A stretch of DNA of 64,000 bases from Candidatus Dojkabacteria bacterium (GTDB lineage: Bacteria > Patescibacteriota > Dojkabacteria > SC72 > JAFGCJ01): contig JAFGCJ010000002.1 in the NCBI GenBank assembly GCA_016932785.1, positions 273,777 through 337,776 on the forward strand, written 5' to 3'. Of the stretch, positions 19,807 to 30,674 are shown in pieces (position 1 is the first letter of the stretch; every line of letters begins with the position of its first letter). A program made the translations under genes and the position numbers. The notes under the pieces were generated by a model. That model was not told the DNA's origin. It saw only the letters and a program-made list of their open reading frames with translations, and ran no database searches.

Positions 19807-21549
19807 ATGTCGTTTGCCACAGAATATCCTAACAACAAACAGAAGAATTCTACTGGATCTCCCCCACCATCTTCTCAGAACACTTCAAATGCACCTGCAG
19901 CACCTGGTTCAGGAGCCACCCAATCAGATATAACGTCTCAACAAACTCAAAAGCAGTCTCAGCAGACTTCAATACCGACACCTACAACAAATCAACCGAC
20001 AACAGCTACGCAACCGGCCGTGCCACCCCAGGGTACCAATCCTGTTCAACCAAATGTCCAATTGACATCTTCACCACAGAATACGACATCAGGAACTTCT
20101 AAAGCCGCAGCAGATACATCTATGCGATCTCAAACGTCCAATCAGGTACCAACAGCTGCCGAACCGACTAAAACGCTCAGCAAACAGCCAACCCAGCAAC
20201 AAGTAACTCCCGAGAAAGTAACACCCAAACCAGAAGAAAACTCTCTTCCGCCACTATCCAAACAACCGACACCATCAAAATCAGCAGCAATTTCACAACA
20301 AGCAGTCAGTTCTAAACAGCCAACTCCTACAAACGGAAGATTAAAAATACCCGTCTGGCTAATAATTGTACTTTCAATTATATTACTCGGAGCAATAGGA
20401 ACTGCTGTTTATTTTTTTGTGCTGAAAGACTCCGACTTTTTGAAAGATTTAGGTCTCTCCTCGGATGCTAAAACATGCACCTATGAAGGTAACACATACA
20501 ACGACGGTCAGGCTTTCACAGCCTCAGACGGATGTACCAAGTGCACCTGCACTAACGGAACCACTGAATGTTCCGATGAGGAATGTACATCAAAGGAAAA
20601 CCTCCCAGAAGTACCCGAAGGCTACAGCGATCTTTCTGAAGAAGCTATAACCTATGGAGCCGGAGATTCAGACAATCGAGAGATATATCTAATGAGGAAC
20701 GTATCCGACACACCTAGAAAAATTGGAGACGGCATGTATCCAGCCATGTCACCTGATCAAAAAGCAGTAGCATACACCGAGCAAACCAGTGGCAATACTG
20801 AAGATGCAGATACTATCTATTTCTATAGCATCGGAGACAGATCAACATTGGAGATGACCCAAGATGGAGGAAACATACAACAAGTTACATGGTCACCTGA
20901 CGGTAATTATTTCGTCGTAATATCAGGAACATCTTCTGTAGCAACCAATACAGTCTACTCATATCCAGAACAGGAAAAAATATACGAATTCGACTCAGTG
21001 GCAGGAAAGGCTATGTTTTGGATCAACGAAGACAGAATAATCTTTAACGAGCCTCAGGAAGTTACCCCAGACAGACCATGGGAAAGCGGAATGGGAACAG
21101 GAGTATCATCTGCTGAAATAGTGGCTCAGACCCAAAAGACAAACCAATTACTCACCGCGGAGGCATTAGTCGAGTACGAACTAATCGACGTCACTGCTGA
21201 TGGAAATATACTCTATTCAAAGACTATTGCTAGCAGTCAAAACCAATGGTCACAGGACGACCTACAGGCCACATACTGGGAAATGAGTACCTCCGGAGAA
21301 GACAATACTCAAGTCGGCCATCCGGACATAACTGTTGAAGAAAAAATACTAGGACTTACAGACAAATCAATAAACGATTATCAGGTACTCAGTTATCAGA
21401 TGAACCCTGACCATACAAACTGGTATGCTTATGTTCTTGTTGAGTCCGACGGAGACAGTACAACAGACGGTGAAATCTTCGTTATAGATACGACAGCAGA
21501 AACAGACACCTCTCTGAAAATCGGAGACGGCTATTCTGTTTCCTGGTAA
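19807..21549 (+). CDS. membrane-anchored protein: low-complexity Q/T/P N-terminus, TM, VWC-like Cys module, TolB/PD40-like propeller
   Basis: CTYEG..Y..G....DGCTKCTC..G...C; PAMSPDQ and WSPDG motifs. Confidence 0.7.
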   Translation: MSFATEYPNNKQKNSTGSPPPSSQNTSNAPAAPGSGATQSDITSQQTQKQSQQTSIPTPTTNQPTTATQPAVPPQGTNPVQPNVQLTSSPQNTTSGTSKAAADTSMRSQTSNQVPTAAEPTKTLSKQPTQQQVTPEKVTPKPEENSLPPLSKQPTPSKSAAISQQAVSSKQPTPTNGRLKIPVWLIIVLSIILLGAIGTAVYFFVLKDSDFLKDLGLSSDAKTCTYEGNTYNDGQAFTASDGCTKCTCTNGTTECSDEECTSKENLPEVPEGYSDLSEEAITYGAGDSDNREIYLMRNVSDTPRKIGDGMYPAMSPDQKAVAYTEQTSGNTEDADTIYFYSIGDRSTLEMTQDGGNIQQVTWSPDGNYFVVISGTSSVATNTVYSYPEQEKIYEFDSVAGKAMFWINEDRIIFNEPQEVTPDRPWESGMGTGVSSAEIVAQTQKTNQLLTAEALVEYELIDVTADGNILYSKTIASSQNQWSQDDLQATYWEMSTSGEDNTQVGHPDITVEEKILGLTDKSINDYQVLSYQMNPDHTNWYAYVLVESDGDSTTDGEIFVIDTTAETDTSLKIGDGYSVSW

Positions 21550-21597
21550 AACAGAAATATCTTAAAATCAAACCCTTTGCATTAAAGGTAATTACCT

Positions 21598-22398
21598 ATG
21601 AGTAATTTTTTGCCAGTACATGAAGAAATAAAACCTATCTATGAGTCCAAAGATCTTCTGGCTTTTGATAAGCCGATAGGTCTCCCTACAACATATAGAA
21701 GCACTTCAGATAACAGCGACTGCTTGATCAAAAGAGTATCTCAGCACTACCCCGACGTACTGACTGTTCAAGGATTTCAACCCAACGAAGGTGGTCTACT
21801 ATATAGACTGGATAATCTGACAAGTGGAATAGTTCTCATTGCAAGAAATCAAAAAACTTTTGACCACTTAAAAGAAATACAAGACAAAAATTTGCTTATA
21901 AAGAGATACTTTGCACTCTGCGAGAAAACCAGAAAATTCCAAAACGTTGCACTAAACCAGAAAACCATCGAAACTCAGAATTCCAAGAAGTATCCTACAT
22001 TTATGTCTTTACCTCAGGATTTCTTTAACATTGTAGGTCTTGAACCATTCGAAACAGAGAAAGCAGATTACCAGATAATTAATTATCCAATAGGTCACAG
22101 TAAAAAATCTTCTAGAAAAATGATAGCAGTGAAAGGGAAAAACTACAAAACAAGAGGAAAATCCCGCTCGGCGACAACAGCCTTCAGAATATTATCTGCA
22201 AAGGACAATCTTGTTCTTGTAGATGTCATAATTACCAAGGCAATCCGTCACCAGATACGGGTTCATCTTTCTTCAATAGGCCTGGGTATAATAGGTGACA
22301 AAATCTATCATCCTAACGGAGCAATCCTCGACAATCCCAGACTATATCTACACTGCGGAATAGTTTCTGTAACAGAAAATCCTCTGGAATTTGAATAA
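21598..22398 (+). CDS. RluA-family RNA pseudouridine synthase
   Basis: DKPIGL, YRLDNLTSG, RHQIRVHL, GDKIY, LYLH. Confidence 0.9.
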   Translation: MSNFLPVHEEIKPIYESKDLLAFDKPIGLPTTYRSTSDNSDCLIKRVSQHYPDVLTVQGFQPNEGGLLYRLDNLTSGIVLIARNQKTFDHLKEIQDKNLLIKRYFALCEKTRKFQNVALNQKTIETQNSKKYPTFMSLPQDFFNIVGLEPFETEKADYQIINYPIGHSKKSSRKMIAVKGKNYKTRGKSRSATTAFRILSAKDNLVLVDVIITKAIRHQIRVHLSSIGLGIIGDKIYHPNGAILDNPRLYLHCGIVSVTENPLEFE

Positions 22399-22457
22399 AA
22401 TTTGGCAAATATATTTCTTAACTGTAAAATTAATACATAAATTTTTATTTGAATACT

Positions 22458-23042
22458 ATGAACAAACTATTAGAGGTACTGTCCAAAGCATTCATTGGCG
22501 AAAGCATGGCAAGAAATCGCTACACCTTCTACGGAAAAATTGCCCAAAAAGAAGGATACGAGAAAATCGGCGAAATATTTTTACTTACGGCAAATCAGGA
22601 GAAAGAACACGCAAACTGGCTTTTTAAGCTGATCCAAGAGGTAAAGGATAAAACAGGAGACAAGACAGATCCAATAGTGGTTGAATCTGAGGTTCCATCG
22701 GTTCTCGGAACCACAGAAGAAAACCTCAAAGCAGCAATGGCCGGAGAAAACTACGAGCACACTTCGATGTACCCGGAATTCGCTGACATTGCCGAAAAAG
22801 AAGATTTTCCTAAAATAGCTGACAGGCTCAGATCAATTGCCAAAGCAGAGAAAAACCATGAAGAAAGATATTCCATCTATCTGCAACAGCTTGAAACAGG
22901 AACACTATTTAGAAAAGAAAAACCAGTAAAATGGGTCTGCAGAGAATGCGGATATGTACATGAGGGAACAGAACCTCCAGCCGAATGCCCTTCCTGTTCA
23001 CATGAAAAGAGCTTCTACGAGCTAAAATGTGACTGCGCGTAG
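22458..23042 (+). CDS. rbr: rubrerythrin
   Basis: AFIGESMARNRY, EKEHA, WVCRECGY..CPSC. Confidence 0.95.
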   Translation: MNKLLEVLSKAFIGESMARNRYTFYGKIAQKEGYEKIGEIFLLTANQEKEHANWLFKLIQEVKDKTGDKTDPIVVESEVPSVLGTTEENLKAAMAGENYEHTSMYPEFADIAEKEDFPKIADRLRSIAKAEKNHEERYSIYLQQLETGTLFRKEKPVKWVCRECGYVHEGTEPPAECPSCSHEKSFYELKCDCA

Positions 23043-23232
23043 CTGAAGGCTTTCAATATATTACTGTCAAATTTGGCAAATATATGTCCAAAACATGTCA
23101 ACTACTTGTTGTCGGGTCGTGACAGATATGCATATTTAACTTTCCTTGCAACGAAAGTTAAATCCTTGCGTTAAGACATTTCAAATGGTAAATTGTTAAT
23201 AACTCATCACTTATCTTAACTGCTCGAAGTTC

Positions 23233-24939
23233 ATGACACAGTTCGGATTAGAATTCTTTAACTACATAGCATCTATTCTCGGAATACTTGTTTCATTATC
23301 GTCTGCAATCCTCTTTTATATAACACAACGCGTCGAATCTTCAATGAAGACATTCTGGCGCGCATTCGGATTTGCTGCGCTTTCCTTTGCTATCATTTTA
23401 TCTCTTCTCGAACGAAAATTTCCTGACATGGCTTTAACGGCACTACTTATTGAACTCGTAGGTTTCGCAAGCATTTTCAGAGGAGTACTTTCTGAACCTA
23501 CTCTTACACATCTAAGACAGGTGAAAGAAGACTCTACCAAAAAACTCGAAGATTTCAGCAAGAGCCGAAAAGAGAAGATTAGAAAAATTTTTCTTATTTC
23601 GTCCGCAGCACTGTTTATTATTGCGACGATGGCAACATTAATCTACTTCAATGACCTCATCCTCGAGAAGGTCAGCTTCGGTCCCTACCTAGCGCCAGGA
23701 TTGATAACACTATCCTCCATCTTCATTGCATGCACAATATTTCTTCAGGTTAAAAGGTATTTCACAGAAGGGGGAAACATCAGAACCAAGCTTTTGAACT
23801 TATGGCCTCTTATCGCATATGTGTTTCTACTAATAAGAGGAATACTACTGGTACTATACAGACTACCTGAGACAGATATCCTATTCCTTCACAAGATGAA
23901 AACTGTCTTTAGCGTCCCCTGGCAGATCTCGATACTTATGAGTCTTCTCGGTTTTATTTTTCTCGGATTATGGGTATGGGAATTCATCAAACCTCGTTTC
24001 TTTTTGAGAACATATGTCACTTTTCTCGCTATAGCATCTATAGTATCAAGTTTGGGTTCATTAATTTTCACACTTTTAATATTTAGAATAGTAGAACAAG
24101 ATAATCTTGAACTCATGACCGAAGGAGCACAGGCCCAATATCTTGTTATGGAAGACCGATCAAGAACAGCACTGATACTTGCCAGGTCAATTGCATCAGA
24201 CATAAACATCTCTGACGGGAAAATTGCCGATGACTATTCTGCCATATATGACAGAACTGAAACACAGCTTCTTGCTACGGGAACAGATGTTTTAAGAGTT
24301 TTCGATGCAAACGGAAACGTAGTCGTCAGTCCAAGTGACATTCGGGATCAAAATTTATCGTTCGAAGATGATCAAATCCTGCAACAAGTCCTTGAAAACA
24401 ATCAACCCGTCAAAACCTTCGGCGTTGAATCACACGTACTATCTCCGGTACTTATAGCACGCGGAATATATCCCATCATGAGCGGTAATAACCTAGTCGG
24501 TGCTGTAGAAGTCGGCTACAAGATGGATACAGCCTTTGTCGATTTTTCAAAAGATCTAACAGACCTCGACGTTACAATCTACACTGATAAAAACAGATCC
24601 GCAACCACTCTTTACAAGGAAGATGGCGTTTCAAGATGGGTTGGATCCAATGAGACCAATGAAGTGGTTCTAGAAAATGTACTCAAAGATGGAGAAAGCC
24701 AAAGTCTAGCTCTAGACCGGCTAGGTATAGATTTCTATAGTGCGTTTGTACCGATAAGAGACTTTAATGGCAAAATCATTGGAATGGTTTCTGTGGGATC
24801 TCCAACATATGAGCTATTTGAAAGTTCCAGACAGCAGCTACTGACAGCATTTTTAATTTTGACTCTCGTATCAATTGTGGCTGCAATGATAGGATATTTT
24901 GCCCTTCAAAGCTCTAAATCCATGGTAAAGGAAATTTAA
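23233..24939 (+). CDS. multi-TM protein with extracellular double Cache domain
   Basis: About 9 TMs; YSAFVPIRDFNGKIIGMVSVG; ends just after the final TM. Confidence 0.75.
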   Translation: MTQFGLEFFNYIASILGILVSLSSAILFYITQRVESSMKTFWRAFGFAALSFAIILSLLERKFPDMALTALLIELVGFASIFRGVLSEPTLTHLRQVKEDSTKKLEDFSKSRKEKIRKIFLISSAALFIIATMATLIYFNDLILEKVSFGPYLAPGLITLSSIFIACTIFLQVKRYFTEGGNIRTKLLNLWPLIAYVFLLIRGILLVLYRLPETDILFLHKMKTVFSVPWQISILMSLLGFIFLGLWVWEFIKPRFFLRTYVTFLAIASIVSSLGSLIFTLLIFRIVEQDNLELMTEGAQAQYLVMEDRSRTALILARSIASDINISDGKIADDYSAIYDRTETQLLATGTDVLRVFDANGNVVVSPSDIRDQNLSFEDDQILQQVLENNQPVKTFGVESHVLSPVLIARGIYPIMSGNNLVGAVEVGYKMDTAFVDFSKDLTDLDVTIYTDKNRSATTLYKEDGVSRWVGSNETNEVVLENVLKDGESQSLALDRLGIDFYSAFVPIRDFNGKIIGMVSVGSPTYELFESSRQQLLTAFLILTLVSIVAAMIGYFALQSSKSMVKEI

Positions 24940-24960
24940 AGTTCTACCCTTTCAGACAGA

Positions 24961-27900
24961 ATGAACAAGATCAAAGAAGAATTGAAAAGAAGACGCCCCA
25001 TTTTAGGAATAATAATTTCTGTTTCAGTCTTACTTATAGCGGTTATGTTTCCTGTTGCATCACTATTTGAAAATAATTTTCTTGTAAGAATATTTAGGGA
25101 AGGCAATATTAAAGAGAACACCTCCACGAAATTCATAATGTCCATTCCATTTACAAATCAAATATATTTCACTTACGACCTGGGAAAAATTACCATCGAT
25201 GAGCACGGCGCACAGATGAAAGAAGACCAGACAAAGGGAGAAATCGAATTACTTGATCATTTGGAGTTCGAAAGAGGATCAGAGATTCAGGGATTCAAAG
25301 AATACAGCGTTACATCAGATTCATCTTCAATCACTTATCAGATATCGGACGACTATGACAACTGGTACTACTTTAACGGAGAAAAATGGGAACCTGTACA
25401 AGACTGTTCCACCTGTGAAAACAGTGCAAATGAAATTAACGAACATATTGACGATATAGATTTCAAAGAAGGATTTGTAAAAATAAAGACTATACTGAGG
25501 TCCGATGGCAATACAAGTCCAAGGCTGTTAAGACTTGAGCTAGAAATCAACGGGAGCGAACCACGGCTAACACAGAGGCAACGGAACTGGATGACAGTTC
25601 TTGGAGCTTCAGACAATTCCTCCTTAAGCAAGGACAATAATAAGACTATGCAGGAAGGATGTCTGTGCGACAGAGGAATAACGATTATGAGTGTCAGATA
25701 TAACGGCCCTGACGGTGTGACTATCAATGTTACAACAAGAAAATATGGAGACGTTGGAGCATTCATAAATGTACAAGACGGAGACATAATAACAATTGAC
25801 GGTTCGGATCTAGAATTTGCCCGTCTTGGTGCTGAAACAGATTTTGAAATCTCTGGAATCTGTGAAGACGAATTTGACGAAGAATGCATCAAAACAATTA
25901 CGGTTCATACTTCATGCTCAGAACCCATCTTTGGTATAGCCTTTGAAAATATTTCTGTTCTGTCATACATTGACGGGAACGGTAATGTATGTGACGACGA
26001 AAATGATCCTCCTTTAATTCTAGATGATGCTGCAACAATATGTGCAAACACCATGGCCGTCATTGACGTTCTGGCAAACGACAGTGATCCAGACGGCGAG
26101 ATCCTACCAGGAACCGTAGATATAATCTCTAATCCTTCTAAAGGCTCTACTGATATTAATTCACAAACAGGAGTAATACACTATACACCCAATAAAAATT
26201 ACACGGGGACAGATACTTTTATATACGAAGCCTGTGACACAAATAATGCATGCGGAACAGCTACCGTGACAATAATTATTAACGACTGTTCACAAAATGA
26301 CCCACCTGATCCACAAAACGACTACACAAAAATTTGCACAAATGAAAGAACTACTATTAATGTTCTTTCAAATGACTCTGATCCTAATGGAGAAATAGAC
26401 CGTAACACTCTAGAGATTGTATCAGGACCACTACATGGTACAGTAGACGATCTAAACAAGATCCAGGGTTCAATTACTTATACTCCCGATCAGGACTATG
26501 TTGGAAATGACACAATAATTTACCAAATATGCGATAACGACGGAGCATGCTCTTCGGCATCAGTATTTATAACTGTAGAGGAATGCTCCCCACTACCACA
26601 GGTCAACCCGGATCAAGCTCAGCTCTGCGTTAATACAAAAGTGCAGGTTGACATTCTTGCAAACGACTACGATCAAAACAATTCTCTTGATCCAGCAAGT
26701 GTAGCTGTTATCTCCGGACCTGGAAATGGCACATATGAAATTGATCAATCCAACGGAAAAATTACATATATTCCATACAAAGATTTCATCGGAACAGACC
26801 TTCTGAGCTACAGGGTATGCAACTCAAATAATGATTGTTCCACAACAACCCTCACGCTCACTGTTAAGGCATGTACCACAGTCAATCCCCATCTAGTCCT
26901 TGAGATCGACGACTCAGCCATTTGTGATCACGAGGACGTAACAATAACTGCAAAAGGTGTCGTTGTACTGCCTCAAGGTCAGTATGCGAAGCTCCGTTTA
27001 GCCTGGAGAATAGCCGAGCCAGAAGAAAAGCGTACAGAAATAGAATATTATAATTACGGCATAGTCAGCAATGGGTACTCTTTTTTGAAAGATATACCAT
27101 GGCCGGGAATAGACGAGGACGAGGGGATCATCAAAATAGAGGTGACTGCAACCTTGCTTGATCCCGTTACAAATGAGCCTATACTGTCAGAAGACGCACT
27201 CGAAGAATACTACTGGTTCCCATGGATATGTCCACCACCTCCCCCGCCTCCACCTCCACCTCCTCCACCAACAGACTATGAGGGATCAATTAGTATTAAC
27301 ACAAACCTTTGCGGTGTAACATACGGAAACGTTAATCTGACATTCACAGGGCAGACATCTATAAATCCCGATACTATAGAAAACCTTGAATATTCTCTTA
27401 TAACTGCGCTTGAAGAAGGATCTTCCTGGAGAGAAATAGACTTGTCAAAATCAGGTACTTTCATTTTCGACACATTTAATTTAAATAACGGTACATACTA
27501 TCTGGTTGTTAGGGCAACCCTAAAGGACGCCACCGAAATCTATTCTGAATACTGTTCGTTCACTGTAGATCAGACAAAAGCCGATCCAGAGTGCCTAATA
27601 TTTGGAGCAAACCAATTTGTTCTCGAATCTCAGCCTTCACCAATATCCGAAAGTGGAATAATATCTCTTGTAAAAAATGAGCCGCATATCTTTTATCTAG
27701 AGGCCAAATGTGCCTCCAGAGCAGGAGTCGTAAATATGGACACCTCAGAATATTACCCTCTTTCCTATGATCCATATTTGAAGCTGTGGACAGGAGATTT
27801 AACCTTCAAAGAAGAGGGAACGTTCAAGCTTCAGGGAGTAGTCTCCGGTGGAAGCCACAGTTATTTCAGAGAGATCAATACCGCTTTTGTAACTGAGAAG

Positions 27901-28692
27901 TCAACAATTATTGATTCCGACTCGAAAAACCCACTCGAAGAGGTGAATATAACGATCTACAACAAGGATCCGGACACACAAGAATTTTCAAAATGGAACA
28001 GCGAAACTTACAGCATAAGCAATCCTATGAAAACAGACAAAAACGGTGAATTTAGTGTAATTCTTCCGGAAGGTGTCTACTACCTTGAGGCAACAAAGTC
28101 AGGATACAATCCCTCTACTTCCTTGATAACAGAACTGGAGGAACACAGTGTGGTTACAGGTAATATTGAACTTGAACCAAAAGGAAATTTTCTCGCTCAA
28201 ATAGGTCGTTTCTTTAGTAAAAAAGGAAACACATATAATTTTCCGCTCACTATTCATCCTCTTCCAGACCATTATCTACTAGAAATAGGAAGCAGTGTAC
28301 CGGAAATTACGGCCTACAATTCAGAAGGACAATTAGTAAACATTTTAGAAACATACAGTGATAAACCACGAGTAGTAATGGTATATAGCAGCTGGAACAC
28401 ACTGGCTGAAGAGCAGGTAAAACAATTTGTCAGTCTATCAAATACACTCGATGAATACTCCTTCATTCCGATTTCAACCATGGAGCCCGACAACGTAAAC
28501 CTTACATACCTTGATAGAGGAAGATACGACTTGGAATTTTACAAACCCTCAAACTCTTTTTATGACAATTATTTTATTATAAGTTTGCCCGAATTTTTCC
28601 TGATTGACGAGAGTAATAAGGTTCAGGGTATAATAGTAGGACCGAGATCTGAGCAAGAGCTCGAGAGAACAATAACAGATATACTGGACTGA
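24961..28692 (+). CDS. large surface protein with Ig-like/cadherin (Big_9) repeats, poly-Pro linker, carboxypeptidase-regulatory-like and thioredoxin-like domains
   Basis: Three (I/V)DVLANDSD..G..YTP..GTD repeats; poly-Pro at 27232-27270; TDKNGEFS; C-terminal Trx-like fold. Confidence 0.8.
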   Translation: MNKIKEELKRRRPILGIIISVSVLLIAVMFPVASLFENNFLVRIFREGNIKENTSTKFIMSIPFTNQIYFTYDLGKITIDEHGAQMKEDQTKGEIELLDHLEFERGSEIQGFKEYSVTSDSSSITYQISDDYDNWYYFNGEKWEPVQDCSTCENSANEINEHIDDIDFKEGFVKIKTILRSDGNTSPRLLRLELEINGSEPRLTQRQRNWMTVLGASDNSSLSKDNNKTMQEGCLCDRGITIMSVRYNGPDGVTINVTTRKYGDVGAFINVQDGDIITIDGSDLEFARLGAETDFEISGICEDEFDEECIKTITVHTSCSEPIFGIAFENISVLSYIDGNGNVCDDENDPPLILDDAATICANTMAVIDVLANDSDPDGEILPGTVDIISNPSKGSTDINSQTGVIHYTPNKNYTGTDTFIYEACDTNNACGTATVTIIINDCSQNDPPDPQNDYTKICTNERTTINVLSNDSDPNGEIDRNTLEIVSGPLHGTVDDLNKIQGSITYTPDQDYVGNDTIIYQICDNDGACSSASVFITVEECSPLPQVNPDQAQLCVNTKVQVDILANDYDQNNSLDPASVAVISGPGNGTYEIDQSNGKITYIPYKDFIGTDLLSYRVCNSNNDCSTTTLTLTVKACTTVNPHLVLEIDDSAICDHEDVTITAKGVVVLPQGQYAKLRLAWRIAEPEEKRTEIEYYNYGIVSNGYSFLKDIPWPGIDEDEGIIKIEVTATLLDPVTNEPILSEDALEEYYWFPWICPPPPPPPPPPPPPTDYEGSISINTNLCGVTYGNVNLTFTGQTSINPDTIENLEYSLITALEEGSSWREIDLSKSGTFIFDTFNLNNGTYYLVVRATLKDATEIYSEYCSFTVDQTKADPECLIFGANQFVLESQPSPISESGIISLVKNEPHIFYLEAKCASRAGVVNMDTSEYYPLSYDPYLKLWTGDLTFKEEGTFKLQGVVSGGSHSYFREINTAFVTEKSTIIDSDSKNPLEEVNITIYNKDPDTQEFSKWNSETYSISNPMKTDKNGEFSVILPEGVYYLEATKSGYNPSTSLITELEEHSVVTGNIELEPKGNFLAQIGRFFSKKGNTYNFPLTIHPLPDHYLLEIGSSVPEITAYNSEGQLVNILETYSDKPRVVMVYSSWNTLAEEQVKQFVSLSNTLDEYSFIPISTMEPDNVNLTYLDRGRYDLEFYKPSNSFYDNYFIISLPEFFLIDESNKVQGIIVGPRSEQELERTITDILD

Positions 28693-28782
28693 TCGATATT
28701 CTTTAGTTCTCCCAACAAATATCGGGCGCGTTTCAAGTTTCGGTCACTAGCCTATTTATCTTATTTGTTATTTCCTCATCTT

Positions 28783-29655
28783 ATGGCCGAGAAGAAAACA
28801 GAGAAAAAGGTTGAAGTATCGTCCCCTGTTGATTCTTCAACTACAACCACACCTGAAGCTCCAGCAAAGAAATCTTCGAAAGGACTTCTTATCGTTCTTG
28901 TAATAATTCTTGTACTTGTTATCCTAGGGCTTACCTGTTCATTAATTTGTGTTGTTTCGGGTTTCGGATCTGACATAATCGACCAAATAACAGAGGAAAG
29001 CACCGATGAGGAAGACGACGATGAAGAAGAATCTGAAATTAATGAAGACGAAGATACGAATGACGACGATGAAGAGGAAGAAAGTACACCTGCAAGATCT
29101 ACATTTAGCGGCAGTGTCGTCTCTGGAACATATGCTTCCGGATGGCAGATAAAAGAATACCTAGACGGCGCGGGATCTTCGATGCTTGTCTCCGGAGTTA
29201 CTTACCAGGGACTAACCGGTCTCGAAATTTATACTCCATCAAACAAGCTTGTCTTTAAAATGAGTGCTGTAAGTGGAATCGGAGGAACAGACGCATGTGA
29301 AAAACTCCATACATTCTCCGATACAAGTGCATCCTACATTTCTGATGTACAGACTAGATCTTTAGCAAGCGGAGTAACAACAACCGTCGTCGATCTATCA
29401 GCATCTACCTATTCACAATTCAACCTGTTTGACTTAAAAGCCAGAAGGATTGGTTCTGATCTATACTACGACAAAACATCCGCCTCAAGTTTTGACACAG
29501 CATGCGGGATAGACTACCAATTTTGGTGGTTTAATAATCTCAAGTTCAAAGCTGACGGATCAGATACTTCAGGTTATGATGTAGAGATAATGAATTCTCC
29601 AACTCCTTCTGAATTTACTGAACTGGAGAACATTCTCGGATCTCTGTCAGTATAG
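28783..29655 (+). CDS. membrane-anchored hypothetical protein
   Basis: TM followed by an acidic linker. Confidence 0.7.
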   Translation: MAEKKTEKKVEVSSPVDSSTTTTPEAPAKKSSKGLLIVLVIILVLVILGLTCSLICVVSGFGSDIIDQITEESTDEEDDDEEESEINEDEDTNDDDEEEESTPARSTFSGSVVSGTYASGWQIKEYLDGAGSSMLVSGVTYQGLTGLEIYTPSNKLVFKMSAVSGIGGTDACEKLHTFSDTSASYISDVQTRSLASGVTTTVVDLSASTYSQFNLFDLKARRIGSDLYYDKTSASSFDTACGIDYQFWWFNNLKFKADGSDTSGYDVEIMNSPTPSEFTELENILGSLSV

Positions 29656-29696
29656 TCAAAAAATTTTCTGCCCAGAAAAATTTATAGATTTATATT

Positions 29697-29948
29697 ATGG
29701 CCGTATTTAAACGGTTAATATTGGGCAGTTACATCATTTCTAGAGTTATTATAGCTATTTCAATTTTTATACCAGGAATAGCTTTCTTGCTAATCGCCAT
29801 AAGCAGAAGCCCATTTACACGACCTGCTGAGGCAGATTTTAAATCTGGTCAAATAAAATCTCAGATCACACAAGAAGAAAATATTGAAGACACCTCTGAG
29901 CACGTAGAAATTGGCTTCACTCAGGTCATAAGACCACTTTCAAGGTAG
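29697..29948 (+). CDS. small hypothetical membrane protein
   Basis: 83 aa, N-terminal hydrophobic segment. Confidence 0.45.
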   Translation: MAVFKRLILGSYIISRVIIAISIFIPGIAFLLIAISRSPFTRPAEADFKSGQIKSQITQEENIEDTSEHVEIGFTQVIRPLSR

Positions 29949-29952
29949 GCTT

Positions 29953-30651
29953 TTAATTACTGAAGGTAAACTTTTCAAGGTCAATTATTTTTGAGCCGAT
30001 ATTATCTTCTGTAATACTTTTGACCAAAAATGCATTCTCTACTTTGAAATCACCTACAAAGAGTCTCCTCAAGTCAACAGAATTGCCATAAACACCAATT
30101 TTCCTTCCAAGATCGGCTATAAGCTTTCGAACGTATGTCCCGCTTGAACAGACGATTTCAAAAGTAACAACAGGCCAGTTAAATTTCTTTATTTCAAAAC
30201 TATAGACGTTTATCTTTTTAGGCTCGAGGAAGAATTTTATTCCTTTTCTAGCTAGAGAATAGGCCCTCTCTCCCTTAACACGTTTTGCAGAATATTTTGG
30301 AGGGATCTGTGCAATCGGCCCTACAAACAAAGCCAAAGGGCCTTCAATATCCTTACTTGTAAATTTAGGAAGTTTGCCACATCGCTCGATGACTTCACCA
30401 GTTGAATCCATTGTATCTGTCTCGTATCCGAACTCAGCTCTGACTTCATACCCTTTTTTCAACTTCTGCAGTGAGTCATTTAATTTTGTTCCTTTGCCGA
30501 GCAGAATTACTAGAAGACCCGTTGCAAAAGGGTCAAGGGTGCCTGAATGTCCGATTTTCTGATCTTTTGGAAGAATTTTCTTCAACTTTCTTATCACATC
30601 GTACGAAGTGACACCTTTCTCCTTATCGACAAGAAGGATACCATCAAACAT
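29953..30651 (-). CDS. truB: tRNA pseudouridine(55) synthase
   Basis: KIGHSGTLDPFATGLL, PPKYSA, CSSGTYVR. Confidence 0.95.
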   Translation of the reverse strand: MFDGILLVDKEKGVTSYDVIRKLKKILPKDQKIGHSGTLDPFATGLLVILLGKGTKLNDSLQKLKKGYEVRAEFGYETDTMDSTGEVIERCGKLPKFTSKDIEGPLALFVGPIAQIPPKYSAKRVKGERAYSLARKGIKFFLEPKKINVYSFEIKKFNWPVVTFEIVCSSGTYVRKLIADLGRKIGVYGNSVDLRRLFVGDFKVENAFLVKSITEDNIGSKIIDLEKFTFSN

Positions 30652-30674
30652 ATAGGCCCATTTAATGAATTAAA

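Noticed and set aside
27232..27270. Phase-variable simple sequence repeat
   Set aside because: The poly-Pro run uses mixed codons (CCA/CCT/CCC/CCG), which fits a protein linker rather than a slippage tract.
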